Notes: generated by a model from the sequence alone, not told the origin. A stretch of 61,094 nt of DNA from an uncultured Candidatus Saccharibacteria bacterium (GCA_964561155.1 CAZLOI010000002.1:155629-216722); one strand, 5' to 3'. Counted from the first letter of the stretch, positions 47,890-57,391 are shown. A program made the numbers and translations.

Positions 47890-48636
47890 ATGAGATATTT
47901 AGAATATAAATTTGATAATTTCAAAATATTAGTTAGAAATATTGAAGAAGCTCAACGAATTGTAAACGAGAAGTTTGAGAAAGAGGAATATAAATTCGAA
48001 CTAAGGACAGAAACACCATTCATTATTGATTGTGGTGCACACATAGGAATAACCAGTCTATATTTCAAAAAACTTTTTCCTGAAAGCAAGATTCTTGCTT
48101 TTGAACCTGATGCAGAAAATCATAAACTCTATAACGAAAATATGAAATTAAATGGATTACACAATGTAGAATGTGTAAATGCAGCTTTAATGGATAAAGA
48201 AGGAGAAGGAAGTATGTTTATTCGAAGTGAAACTGAATCACCTTGGACATGGGCAAACTCAATTGTGAAAAATATTTGGGGTCCTAATAATCCCTATAAT
48301 AAAGAAGTTAAAATCAACACTAAAAGACTTTCCGAATATATTACAAAAAAGGTTGATCTCTTGAAATTAGATATTGAAGGAGCTGAAGAAACAGTTTTAA
48401 AAGAAATAGAAGACAAGTTGATTAATATTGAAAACATTGTCCTAGAGTTTCATGGTACTAAGTACAATAGAGAAACTAATGACATTCTAAGAATAGCAAA
48501 TTTATTGCTTTCGAATGACTTTCAGATAACTATAACACCAGTGGATCTAACTCAGAATCCATCTGAGCACTTTAAACAATATGTTAAAGAAGTAGAACTA
48601 AGACACTTTATTGTAAAGGCGACTAGGTCTTTTTAA
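47890..48636 (+). CDS. FkbM-family methyltransferase
   Basis: IDCGAHIG, AFEPD, LLKLDIEGAE, LEFH. Confidence 0.88.
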   Translation: MRYLEYKFDNFKILVRNIEEAQRIVNEKFEKEEYKFELRTETPFIIDCGAHIGITSLYFKKLFPESKILAFEPDAENHKLYNENMKLNGLHNVECVNAALMDKEGEGSMFIRSETESPWTWANSIVKNIWGPNNPYNKEVKINTKRLSEYITKKVDLLKLDIEGAEETVLKEIEDKLINIENIVLEFHGTKYNRETNDILRIANLLLSNDFQITITPVDLTQNPSEHFKQYVKEVELRHFIVKATRSF

Positions 48637-48844
48637 TACTGTTCACTAATTAAGTATAAGTTTTGATACTCCTTTTTTATGTGTATCATTTGTCTCATTT
48701 TTGGATATAATCTAAAAAGTGACTACGGTTCCAGACCCGTGTGTCCCGTATTTACCCCAGAACAAACAGTTCCCAATTTTGACATCAAAAAGTAATGAAA
48801 TGATAGAATTATCAGGTAGTTAACTTATATATTACTTCCTAACT

Positions 48845-49306
48845 ATGATGCGAAAACTACATTTCTCAATCAAAATAAACGCTCCTGCTGAAAAAGTATG
48901 GAATACAATGCTTGGTCAAGAAACATACAAAGACTGGACTGGTGTATTTAATTCTGGAGGTTCAACTTTTAGGGGTAACTGGGAGAAGGGTTCTAAAATG
49001 CTATTCATTGGACCAGACCCAGAAACAGGAATAGAGGGTGGTATGGTAAGTAGAATTGCTGAGAATATTCCTAATGAATTTGTTTCTATAGAACACTTGG
49101 GTATTTGGAATAACGGAGTAGAGGATACAACAAGTGAAGAAGCAAAGAAATGGGCTCCTGCTTTTGAAAACTACAGGCTTACTGAAGAAAATGGAGTAAC
49201 AGAAGTACAGGTAGAATTGGATATGCTCGAGGAACATGCAGCAATGTTCGAAGAGATGTGGCCTAAATCACTGGAAAGATTAAAAGAGATTGTTGAATCT
49301 GAATAG
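48845..49306 (+). CDS. SRPBCC/AHSA1-domain protein
   Basis: INAPAEKVW, PAFENY, WPKSLERLKEIVE. Confidence 0.85.
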   Translation: MMRKLHFSIKINAPAEKVWNTMLGQETYKDWTGVFNSGGSTFRGNWEKGSKMLFIGPDPETGIEGGMVSRIAENIPNEFVSIEHLGIWNNGVEDTTSEEAKKWAPAFENYRLTEENGVTEVQVELDMLEEHAAMFEEMWPKSLERLKEIVESE

Positions 49307-49333
49307 GATTCTGTTTGAATCAGCAGAGAAAAT

Positions 49334-49483
49334 ATGAGTAAAGTAATTATCTTCCATGGTACTCATGCTACTCCTGATGTAGCGTGGTATCCATGGCTTG
49401 CAGAAAAGTTAACAGAAGAAGGTCACTTTGGATCTGAGTTTCAGGATTATCCTACATTTGAATTTCTAAGTAAATTAATTTAA
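49334..49483 (+). pseudogene. Internally deleted YdeN/RBBP9-like alpha/beta hydrolase remnant (49 aa)
   Basis: MSKVIIFHG...WYPWLAEKLTEEG joined directly to HFGSEFQDYPTF; nucleophile elbow absent; not in the ORF track. Confidence 0.65.
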
Positions 49484-49487
49484 TACT

Positions 49488-49514
49488 CCAAGAGCAACGA
49501 TGTGTTGCTCTTGG
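49488..49514. terminator. Hairpin between convergent genes (probable bidirectional terminator)
   Basis: CCAAGAGCAAC-GATGT-GTTGCTCTTGG, 11-bp perfect stem. Confidence 0.65.
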
Positions 49515-49533
49515 TATCTTCCAGTATTTATCC

Positions 49534-52044
49534 TTAGTTTTGAGTTGTAAAAGAGCGTACAGTACTCCAAACACTCATTCCACCTTGATTAATACTTCTA
49601 ACTCTCCAGTAGTATTTCGTTGATTTTGATAGGCTCATACTAGAAACACCCGTTGAAAGAACAGAACCATTGTAGGTTAGTGTACTAAATGTTGAAGATG
49701 TAGATACTTGTAGATTGTATCCAACTGCTCCAGTACTACTATTCCAAGATATCTTAGGCCTTGTATTAGATATACCTGTAGCTGAGTTAGCTGGCTTATA
49801 CAAAGTTGGTACACTAGGTACAGCAGGAGCTACAGTTGTTGGTATATTTAATCCCATAGCTACCAAAGGTAGTGTATGAGTAGACGAAGCAAATGCTGCG
49901 TTATAGCTTAGGTTAAAGTTAGTAGCTCCGTATAGTTCTACTTCCTTTCCTACCAAACTACCCTTCAATGTTAATCCTGTAGCCCTTATCTTAACTACGC
50001 CATTTGGAGCATACATTAATCCTAGGTTTCTATTTCCTGTACTATTAACTTCTATATTTGTTCCAGCATATAGCAGTACTCCATTGTTTGGATCTCCTGT
50101 TTGGAAGGTACTGTCTGTAGTTACATCGTTAATGGATCCAGTAGCTACGATACTTACAGGACCGCTTAATCCAACATCTACCATCTTCACATTACCTTCT
50201 ACATACAATATTCCCTTTAACTGAGAACTTACAGAATCTAAGTACAAATCAGATGGGAATACTACAGTAGCAAGAGATTTGTATAGACTTAATGGATATG
50301 AAAGCATTGGAACAGAGGATACTCCAGTTACTATACTTGGTACTTGTATGTTTGTATTTGTATTCTTAATTAGGTTTGATGTTCCAACAGTTTTAAATGT
50401 AGTTCCAAATATTCCACCAGTGTTTCCACCAAATGTTGTTGTTCCTCCAGAATATATATCTCCTGTAATATTGACTCCTGTGGTGTTTGTAAATCGCAAG
50501 CTATCCGCAGTACCGTTTGAATATATTACATACTTATTTATGATGATTGGACCTGAGTCTTTAAAGAGCTCTTGATTTCCTGCATTATCTGTTGCTCTAA
50601 ATACGAATCTAGATACTCCGTTACCTGTTATTTGGAAAGTGTTGTTGGAACCATTCATTGTTATCCAATTAGTTCCACCATCCATACTTCTTTGTTGGGA
50701 TTCAACTCCAGACAGATTGTCTGTAGAAGAGAGTCCTGCGGTAACGTTGTCTCTAAATATTCCATTGGTATCTCTTGGTCCAGTAGCGTTTCCCGAAGTA
50801 ACAGGAGGAGTCCAGTCTATCTTTACTTGAACAGATTTACTTGACTCTGTGTTACCAACTCCATCTACAGAGTAATATGTGATGTTGTGAATACCTTCTT
50901 GATTGATTGTGAAAGAACCTGAGTATTGTTGCTGTGATCCTCCATTAATAGAATAGTAGGTTTTTAGGTCTTCAGATCCACAAGGGGCACTTGCGAATAA
51001 ATTTACCTGAACCGCTGATCTCCACCAACTATTGTTACCAGGCGTTTCTCCACTGATATTTGCCGTACTGGAAGGTGGGGTTGTACATGCTGGTGGATTC
51101 TCTCCTGGAGGAGTTCCAGAGCCTCCACCAGAATCAGAAATAAATGGTACTACGCTGCAGGTAGATTGAGCCGATACGCTTTTTATAAATGGGGATCTAA
51201 ATGATGAACCGCTATCATTTTTTAAAGCTTGAGCCCCTTCAACACATTGATTGTTAAGTGTAATATTAAAATATCTAGTTGTATGGGCAGGTACATTTAC
51301 GTTTCCTATATTTGCATTATTAAAACTGTCATTCGCTCTTAGAGTTACGAGTCCGGCAGGAACTTCAGGAAAGTAATATGTCCCATTGGTTGATTTCTGT
51401 GAATAGAAGTTTCCATTCGCAGCTTCTAGGGTGACTATGGTGGGATTTACATTTACTTGACCGTTCGTATTCTTGATATATCCGCCAATCCCTCCAGTAT
51501 CAACATCAGGGACATTAAAGTGAATATATCTAGTTGCAGGAGCTAAATTAAACCGCTCTCCAAAGTTTCCATCAAAACCCACATTATATTCCGAAACATC
51601 AATGTTCCCATTAGGGTGTACATATTCGACATATGCAACATGCCCGTGACCCCACTCAGCAACAGAACCAATTACTGGAACATTATTTACAGTAAACGAA
51701 GTGTCTGTAGCGTTAGCAATAGCAGTAGCCCAATGACCTGCGCTTCCAAACCTACTTTCTTGACTAGACCCATACATAGTATTGTGGAAAAAATATGGTG
51801 CGCTAGCAGTACCTCTATCCTGATTGATCTTCCAGGCTACGTATGATGTGCATTCTCTCTTGTAAAACCCCCACTCATCGCCATCATAGTAACTGCCTTC
51901 TATTCTACCTGATGGTCCGTCACTATGTGGGTACCCTGTAGGATCATTATTTACAGCCAACACATCACCTATGAAACTAAATATTCCACCTAACGGAGAG
52001 AACAGCATTAATAGGGATAAAAAAGTAAACAAAAAAAGCCGCAT
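49534..52044 (-). CDS. Secreted multidomain CHAP peptidoglycan hydrolase (CHAP, beta-sandwich repeats, FN3)
   Basis: Signal peptide from ATG 52044 with AAGGAG SD; YKRECTSYV and WGHGHVAYV..VSEYN; two repeats YYSINGG...YYSVDGVGNTE and RSMDGG...FRATDNAGNQE; C-terminal WNSSTGAVGY...YYWRVRS. Confidence 0.82.
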   Translation of the reverse strand: MRLFLFTFLSLLMLFSPLGGIFSFIGDVLAVNNDPTGYPHSDGPSGRIEGSYYDGDEWGFYKRECTSYVAWKINQDRGTASAPYFFHNTMYGSSQESRFGSAGHWATAIANATDTSFTVNNVPVIGSVAEWGHGHVAYVEYVHPNGNIDVSEYNVGFDGNFGERFNLAPATRYIHFNVPDVDTGGIGGYIKNTNGQVNVNPTIVTLEAANGNFYSQKSTNGTYYFPEVPAGLVTLRANDSFNNANIGNVNVPAHTTRYFNITLNNQCVEGAQALKNDSGSSFRSPFIKSVSAQSTCSVVPFISDSGGGSGTPPGENPPACTTPPSSTANISGETPGNNSWWRSAVQVNLFASAPCGSEDLKTYYSINGGSQQQYSGSFTINQEGIHNITYYSVDGVGNTESSKSVQVKIDWTPPVTSGNATGPRDTNGIFRDNVTAGLSSTDNLSGVESQQRSMDGGTNWITMNGSNNTFQITGNGVSRFVFRATDNAGNQELFKDSGPIIINKYVIYSNGTADSLRFTNTTGVNITGDIYSGGTTTFGGNTGGIFGTTFKTVGTSNLIKNTNTNIQVPSIVTGVSSVPMLSYPLSLYKSLATVVFPSDLYLDSVSSQLKGILYVEGNVKMVDVGLSGPVSIVATGSINDVTTDSTFQTGDPNNGVLLYAGTNIEVNSTGNRNLGLMYAPNGVVKIRATGLTLKGSLVGKEVELYGATNFNLSYNAAFASSTHTLPLVAMGLNIPTTVAPAVPSVPTLYKPANSATGISNTRPKISWNSSTGAVGYNLQVSTSSTFSTLTYNGSVLSTGVSSMSLSKSTKYYWRVRSINQGGMSVWSTVRSFTTQN

Positions 52045-52251
52045 AGGGCTCCTTACGAGATAAAAATGTTGAGGAGACATATCCGGTTTCCTCGGCAGGG
52101 GTATAAGGCGGGGGACTATCTGCCTTAAAGAAGTATTCATAAGTACAAGATAATAAATATTGATTATATCCTAGCATTCGTCAACTAGAATACAACAAAT
52201 GACACATGGAATAATGTAGTGACACATGTGAAGGAGGATTATAATTATATA

Positions 52252-52283
52252 TTCACAATTCCTCCACAATTTCGTTGTATACT
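52252..52283 (+). promoter_or_regulatory. OmpR-type tandem repeat plus -10 upstream of the two-component operon
   Basis: TTCACAATT-CC-TCCACAATT (11-bp period), 6 nt, TATACT. Confidence 0.6.
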
Positions 52284-52310
52284 TACACGATTAAAAAGGG
52301 ACAACATTTA

Positions 52311-52997
52311 ATGAACAAGATCTTGATAATAGAGGATGACAAAGAGATATCTCAGATAGAGAAGGACTTTCTAATGCAGGAAGGATATGAAATCTTCCAA
52401 GCATATAGTGGGAAGAGTGGATTAGAAGACTTCTTAAGAATAAAGCCAGATCTTGTAATACTAGATATCAACCTCCCAGAGATGGATGGCATTTCTGTAT
52501 GCAAAACAATTAGACAATCCTCTGGTGTACCTATTGTTATGGTTACCGCAAAAACAAAAGAAATAGATGAACTTTTAGGTTTAGATGTAGGAGCAGATGA
52601 TTATATTAAGAAACCATTTAGTCCTAGAATACTAGTAACCAGAGTAAAGTCGTTACTTAGAAGACCAGCAATACTAGTAGATAACAGTAGCATAGTGTAT
52701 GGAGACATATCATTAGATACTGAGAAAAGAACATTAATGAAACAAGGGAAGCAGATAGAAATAACAACAATACAATTTGATATCCTACAAACTCTAATGC
52801 AAAGCCGTGGCAAAGTCTTTGCTCGTGATGAATTAATGGATAGAGTATATACTGAAGGTGATATGGTAGATATCTTTGATAGAACAATCGATTCTCATAT
52901 AAAAAACATAAGAAAACTAATCGAAGAGGATCCGCATAATCCAAAAATTATATTAACTATTCGAGGAATTGGATACAAGTTCAATGAAAATATTTAA
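52311..52997 (+). CDS. OmpR-family response regulator
   Basis: ILIIEDD, LDINLP, GADDYIKKPFS, winged helix RTIDSHIKNIR...TIRGIGY; start placed at ATG 52311. Confidence 0.93.
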   Translation: MNKILIIEDDKEISQIEKDFLMQEGYEIFQAYSGKSGLEDFLRIKPDLVILDINLPEMDGISVCKTIRQSSGVPIVMVTAKTKEIDELLGLDVGADDYIKKPFSPRILVTRVKSLLRRPAILVDNSSIVYGDISLDTEKRTLMKQGKQIEITTIQFDILQTLMQSRGKVFARDELMDRVYTEGDMVDIFDRTIDSHIKNIRKLIEEDPHNPKIILTIRGIGYKFNENI

Positions 52998-54078
52998 CTC
53001 AATACTATCAAAAATCATACTAGCCATACTCTTCACAGTTACTATCAGTATTGCAATCATTTCATTCATAACCTCCCAGAAAATAGAACAATCATTCGAT
53101 CGCTTCTTGGAACAACAGACAACAGAAGTATACGGTCAAGGATATGGACGAATTCAAAACAGCGATGACAAAGAATTGAAGCATCAGCAACTTGTGACTG
53201 AGTTCCAAAATAGTATTAATCAATCCATTCTAATCGCATCGATAGCAGGAATCTCTGGTTCAATTGTTCTTGGCTTAATTCTTTCTAGACAAATAAGTAA
53301 CCCAATAAAGCTATTAAATAAACAGTTAACAAAGACTAGAAACAATAGCTACGAATCTCTAGATATAGTAACCGATACCACAGAACTAAATGACCTTGTG
53401 GTTAGTTTCAACGAATTAATAAGTGAACTAAAAAGAATAGAAACACTAAGAGAAGACCTAGTTTCAGATGTTACCCATGAATTAAAAACTCCTTTAACCA
53501 AAGTTATAGGTCAAATAGAAGGATGTATCGATGGAGTATATAAATGTGATAACGAGAAGCTAGAGCAGATATTGGCAAACGCAAGGCAACTAGAAGCATT
53601 AACTTCAAGACTACAGGAACTTGTAGAGATACGAGCAGGCAAGGTTAAGCTATCGCTTCAAGAATTTCAAGTAAAGGATCTTGTTGATAGTATATTTGCA
53701 GGACATACTCCGCAAGATGTTCTCTTAATTAATGAAGTCGATACACAAGCTACAATCAATGCAGACCCAACAAGGCTTCGTGAAATATTAGAGAACCTAA
53801 TAAGTAACGCTCTAAGGCATACAAAGAAAGGTTCTGTAACCCTTAGCTATTCAAACAAAACGATTGTAGTAAAAGATACAGGGGAAGGTATTCCTGCAGA
53901 AGATCTTCCATATATCTTCGAGCGATTCTATAGATCGGATAAATCTAGAAACAAAGAAACAGGAGGCCTAGGCCTTGGGCTTTCAATAGTTAAGGAGCTA
54001 GTTAATCTACATGACTGGAATATAGAAGTTACGAGTGAAGTTAATAAAGGTACAACCTTCAATATAAGTTTAAATTAG
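52984..54078 (+). CDS. Sensor histidine kinase (BaeS-like, HAMP)
   Basis: Two TM helices, HAMP, VTHELKTP, ENLISNA, DTGEGI, FERFYR, GLGLGL. Confidence 0.93.
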   Translation: MKIFNSILSKIILAILFTVTISIAIISFITSQKIEQSFDRFLEQQTTEVYGQGYGRIQNSDDKELKHQQLVTEFQNSINQSILIASIAGISGSIVLGLILSRQISNPIKLLNKQLTKTRNNSYESLDIVTDTTELNDLVVSFNELISELKRIETLREDLVSDVTHELKTPLTKVIGQIEGCIDGVYKCDNEKLEQILANARQLEALTSRLQELVEIRAGKVKLSLQEFQVKDLVDSIFAGHTPQDVLLINEVDTQATINADPTRLREILENLISNALRHTKKGSVTLSYSNKTIVVKDTGEGIPAEDLPYIFERFYRSDKSRNKETGGLGLGLSIVKELVNLHDWNIEVTSEVNKGTTFNISLN

Positions 54079-54091
54079 AAAATCTCAACCC

Positions 54092-54123
54092 TCCATAATC
54101 CTTCCATAATTAAATCATATTAT
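54092..54123 (+). promoter_or_regulatory. Second OmpR-type tandem repeat plus -10
   Basis: TCCATAATC-CT-TCCATAATT (11-bp period), 6 nt, TATTAT; same geometry as the site at 52252. Confidence 0.6.
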
Positions 54124-54295
54124 TAAGCAGATTTAATAGCAGTTGCTTAACAAACATAACTCATCTGCAGTTAGCAGAAACAAAGTGTTTGAAGATAAGA
54201 CAAGTCTATTAAATCGATTCGAGAATAAACTCGAATTAAAACATAAATTCCCTTTTGGGTATTTTACTTATTATTTTATTTTTTATAAATATAGT

Positions 54296-54793
54296 ATGAA
54301 GAACGTAACAATGCTCGCTTTAGGTTCTATTACAGTGTTAGGGTTAGGAATCTTGGCTGTGCCAAGTGTCTTTGCTGCACAAAACGTAGGAACTGTAACT
54401 GGAAGAGATGGAGATATTAAAGACAAGGTAGCTGTAGAGGCAAAGATTCAAGAAATTAATGGATCTCATGTTAGCTTTTCTGATGTAGAAACAGGTACTG
54501 AGTATACTGGAAGCTTTGGTCCTGCCAGAGAATCTTCACAATATACAGTTGGACAAGAATTAGAAGTTGTAGGTGTAGAAACAGAGAGTGAAAACAATAG
54601 AAACAATCATAACTTTCAAGTTATGGAACTAGATGGTGAAGTTATAAGAGAAGCCTTTGAAGGGAAACCAACTTGGGCTGGATCTCAAGAAGGAAATGGA
54701 TCTGCTCATGGTGGAATGAATAGAGGTGGATCAAAGGGAGGTTCTTTCATTGATGCAAATGGTGATGGTGTCTGTGATAATTCTTTGGAATAA
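54296..54793 (+). CDS. Secreted hypothetical protein with C-terminal EF-hand-like DANGDGVCD
   Basis: Signal peptide MKNVTMLALG...VFA; start placed at ATG 54296. Confidence 0.65.
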   Translation: MKNVTMLALGSITVLGLGILAVPSVFAAQNVGTVTGRDGDIKDKVAVEAKIQEINGSHVSFSDVETGTEYTGSFGPARESSQYTVGQELEVVGVETESENNRNNHNFQVMELDGEVIREAFEGKPTWAGSQEGNGSAHGGMNRGGSKGGSFIDANGDGVCDNSLE

Positions 54794-54800
54794 GTTATGT

Positions 54801-54827
54801 ATAGAGGAGGGAAACCTCCTCTATTTG
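54801..54827 (+). terminator. Intrinsic terminator
   Basis: ATAGAGGAGG-GAAA-CCTCCTCTAT-TT. Confidence 0.7.
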
Positions 54828-54877
54828 AATGTAAAGAAATTGTTGGAGCTTTCCCTTGGAATTGATAAAATAAGGAT

Positions 54878-55186
54878 ATGAATAAGAAAGTATCAAGCGG
54901 AGTAGCACATAATGTACCATCAGACTTAAAGCAAGCTTTGCTATCTGACTCAAAAGCATATACTCTCTGGGAAGGATTAACACCATTAGCTCGTAATGAA
55001 TGGATATGTTGGGTAGTATCTGTTAAAAGAGAGGAGACAAGAACAGAACATATTGAAAGAGTAGTATCAGAACTTAAAGATGGAATGAGAAGACCATGTT
55101 GTTGGTTAGGTTGTATACATAGAAAAGACAAAGCTATTAGTCCTTCGGTACAGGGGATATTAAATAAGAGGACTAAGAAAAAGTAA
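54878..55186 (+). CDS. YdeI/OmpD-associated family protein
   Basis: VPSDLKQAL...LTPLARNEWICWV..KREETR..RRPCCWLGC. Confidence 0.85.
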   Translation: MNKKVSSGVAHNVPSDLKQALLSDSKAYTLWEGLTPLARNEWICWVVSVKREETRTEHIERVVSELKDGMRRPCCWLGCIHRKDKAISPSVQGILNKRTKKK

Positions 55187-55344
55187 ATCTTCAAAATCAT
55201 TCTCAACGAGAAAAAGCAGCAGTAAAGATAGTATATAACGTTAAATATTAATGGTTACATTTAATATATTTCTCCTATATCAATTCCACTTCTTATAGTA
55301 TTTATATTTTTGGGATTTGTGCACCTAAATATATAATAATTTAT

Positions 55345-56265
55345 ATGGCTAACATAGAAAGTTGGATAGAACACAAACCATTTATAGGAGAACAAGGATA
55401 CCTAGATCTTTTGAGACTCATAACGGATCAAGGAGTTGATCACTCAACAAAACGTACAGGAGAAATGACAAGAGGAGTATATAGTCAGCAACTCCATTTC
55501 TATCTTAATAATGGATTACCTCTTATTACTACAAAGAAGGTGCCTTGGGGATTAGTTGCTGGAGAACTCCTCTGGTTTATAGAAGGAGGATACAAGACTG
55601 GTGGTAGAATGGATGACAATAGATTGCTAGAACTCTCTAACTCCTTTGGAGGAAAACCTAAAGAAGATACTATCTGGACTGCAAATGGAGAAGCACCTTC
55701 TTGGCAGCCGAAAGCAGAATTCGAAGGAGATCTAGGAAGAATATATGGTTCCCAGTGGAGATCGTGGAAAACACAAGATGGTAGAGAAATAGATCAACTA
55801 AAGAATATGTTGGATAGATTGAAAAGAGATCCTTCAGATAGACGAGCATTTGTATCTGCATGGAATCCAGGAGAGTTCGATCAAATGTCCCTACCTCCTT
55901 GCCATGTCTCTTTTCAAGTTAAGATTCTAGAAGAACAGCTTGGACTTATGATGTATCAAAGAAGTGCAGATATGTTCCTTGGAGTACCATTCAACATTGC
56001 TTCATACTCGTTACTTGCACATATGATAGGGCAGGTTGTTGGTGCTGTACCAACTCTTTTAACTATCAATCTTGGAGATGCACATATCTACAAGAATCAT
56101 TTCGATCAAGTAGAGGAACAGCTAAGTAGAGAAATTCTTCCACCTCCAAAGTTGGAACTAGATTCTTCGGTTAAAGATATTGATAGCTTCAAACCAGAAC
56201 ATATCAGACTAGTTGACTATAAGTCACACGCTGCTATCAAAGCTCCAATGGCTGTAGACAAGTAG
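55345..56265 (+). CDS. thyA: Thymidylate synthase
   Basis: YLDLLR, ELLWFI, LGRIYGSQWR, SAWNP, LPPCH, YQRSADMFLGVPFNIASY, GDAHIYKNH. Confidence 0.96.
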   Translation: MANIESWIEHKPFIGEQGYLDLLRLITDQGVDHSTKRTGEMTRGVYSQQLHFYLNNGLPLITTKKVPWGLVAGELLWFIEGGYKTGGRMDDNRLLELSNSFGGKPKEDTIWTANGEAPSWQPKAEFEGDLGRIYGSQWRSWKTQDGREIDQLKNMLDRLKRDPSDRRAFVSAWNPGEFDQMSLPPCHVSFQVKILEEQLGLMMYQRSADMFLGVPFNIASYSLLAHMIGQVVGAVPTLLTINLGDAHIYKNHFDQVEEQLSREILPPPKLELDSSVKDIDSFKPEHIRLVDYKSHAAIKAPMAVDK

Positions 56266-56323
56266 TCTATTGCTTTCCAAAAAACCCAGGCGTATTGTTA
56301 TGTATACATATTACATTCACCAT

Positions 56324-56797
56324 ATGAACTCCTTAGTTATATACGACTCCATGTTTGGTAACACAGAAAAGATTGCTTTGGCTGTAGCCGAAGGAATGGG
56401 TGTGAATACCAAAGTAACAAGAGCTACAGAGCTAAATTCGAACGATTTAGTAGATTTAGATGTATTGGTAATAGGTTCTCCTGTACACGGTGGAAGAGCC
56501 TCAGAGAGCCTCCTTAAATTCTTTGAAACATTAAAGAAGGATACTCTTAAGGATATTAAAGTAGCAGCATTTGATACAAGGTTTGAGAAGAATACACATG
56601 GACTTGGATTAAAGATGTTAATGAACGTAATTGGTTTCGCAGCAGGAAAGATATTAAATACTCTAGAGAGCAAAGGAGCAAAACATATAGTAGAACCAGA
56701 AGGTTTCTTTGTTATGGACAAAGAAGGACCATTGAAGGAAGGAGAGTTGGATAGAGCGAAAGCCTGGGGAAAAACAATTCTAAACAGTGCAGTTTAG
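56324..56797 (+). CDS. Flavodoxin-family protein
   Basis: YDSMFGNTEKIA, GSPVHGG, AAFDTR, GELDRAKAWG; start placed at ATG 56324. Confidence 0.88.
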   Translation: MNSLVIYDSMFGNTEKIALAVAEGMGVNTKVTRATELNSNDLVDLDVLVIGSPVHGGRASESLLKFFETLKKDTLKDIKVAAFDTRFEKNTHGLGLKMLMNVIGFAAGKILNTLESKGAKHIVEPEGFFVMDKEGPLKEGELDRAKAWGKTILNSAV

Positions 56798-56825
56798 ATA
56801 TATTTAAAGCATATTAAATAAACAT

Positions 56826-56936
56826 ATGTCATTTCAAGCATATCTAGATAACGTAGAACTTAAGACAGGAAAGACTCCTAACGACTTTATCCAGCTTTCA
56901 AAAGAAAAAGGATTTACTCCAGAAACGAAAACTAAA
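56826..56936 (+). pseudogene. Truncated DUF4287-like gene
   Basis: MSFQAYLDNVELKTGKTPNDFIQLSKEKGF matches the family N-terminus as I recall it; similarity stops at TPETKT and the LGHGHA-type end is missing. Confidence 0.6.
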
Positions 56937-57391
56937 GAACTGTTTGAATATCCGATAATCTTTCTACTTAAGAAATTTATTAACCCAATCGATCTTTCCT
57001 TATGCGGTTCATCATCTACATTCCCAACCTCTTTAATAACCTCATTAACCAAACTCTCTGGGAACAAACTATCCGCTTTACTAATTTGAATAAAATTGTT
57101 TGGAAGATTATCTATAAAGCTATCATCTTCGTGTAAAAGAATAATAGGAGTAACTCTAAAGTTCTCGTTAGTAGAAATAAAATCAACAAGTTCTCGTCCT
57201 GAATATTTAGGTAGAGTAGAGTCGATTACAATTAAATCTGGTTTTAATACAAAAGCATATCCAACGCCTTGAACACCATCTTCTGAAGAAAAGATATCGA
57301 CATTAGACAACTGTCTTGAAAGAATCTTCTTTAAGACAAACCTTATAGACAGGTCATCATCTATTATTAATATCTTCTTTAAATTCGCCAT
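56834..57391 (-). CDS. Response-regulator receiver protein, probably 3'-truncated
   Basis: ILIIDDD, PDLIVID, PIILL; last about 35 codons are antisense of the DUF4287 fragment. Confidence 0.65.
   Translation of the reverse strand: MANLKKILIIDDDLSIRFVLKKILSRQLSNVDIFSSEDGVQGVGYAFVLKPDLIVIDSTLPKYSGRELVDFISTNENFRVTPIILLHEDDSFIDNLPNNFIQISKADSLFPESLVNEVIKEVGNVDDEPHKERSIGLINFLSRKIIGYSNSSLVFVSGVNPFSFESWIKSLGVFPVLSSTLSRYA

Noticed and set aside
48719-48823. 34-codon GTG ORF after TGGATATAAT, and a TGATAC/GTATCA palindrome just upstream at about 48664-48688
   Set aside because: No recognisable similarity or coding signal. It could be a remnant or an operator but cannot be supported from sequence alone.
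52081-52130. c-di-AMP (ydaO) riboswitch upstream of the CHAP gene (GCGGGGGA)
   Set aside because: The motif is on the wrong strand for the CHAP gene, and the other conserved ydaO elements are missing.
52200-52228. TGACACATG direct repeat with 20-nt period
   Set aside because: Only two copies, with no second occurrence or matching promoter geometry; may be chance.
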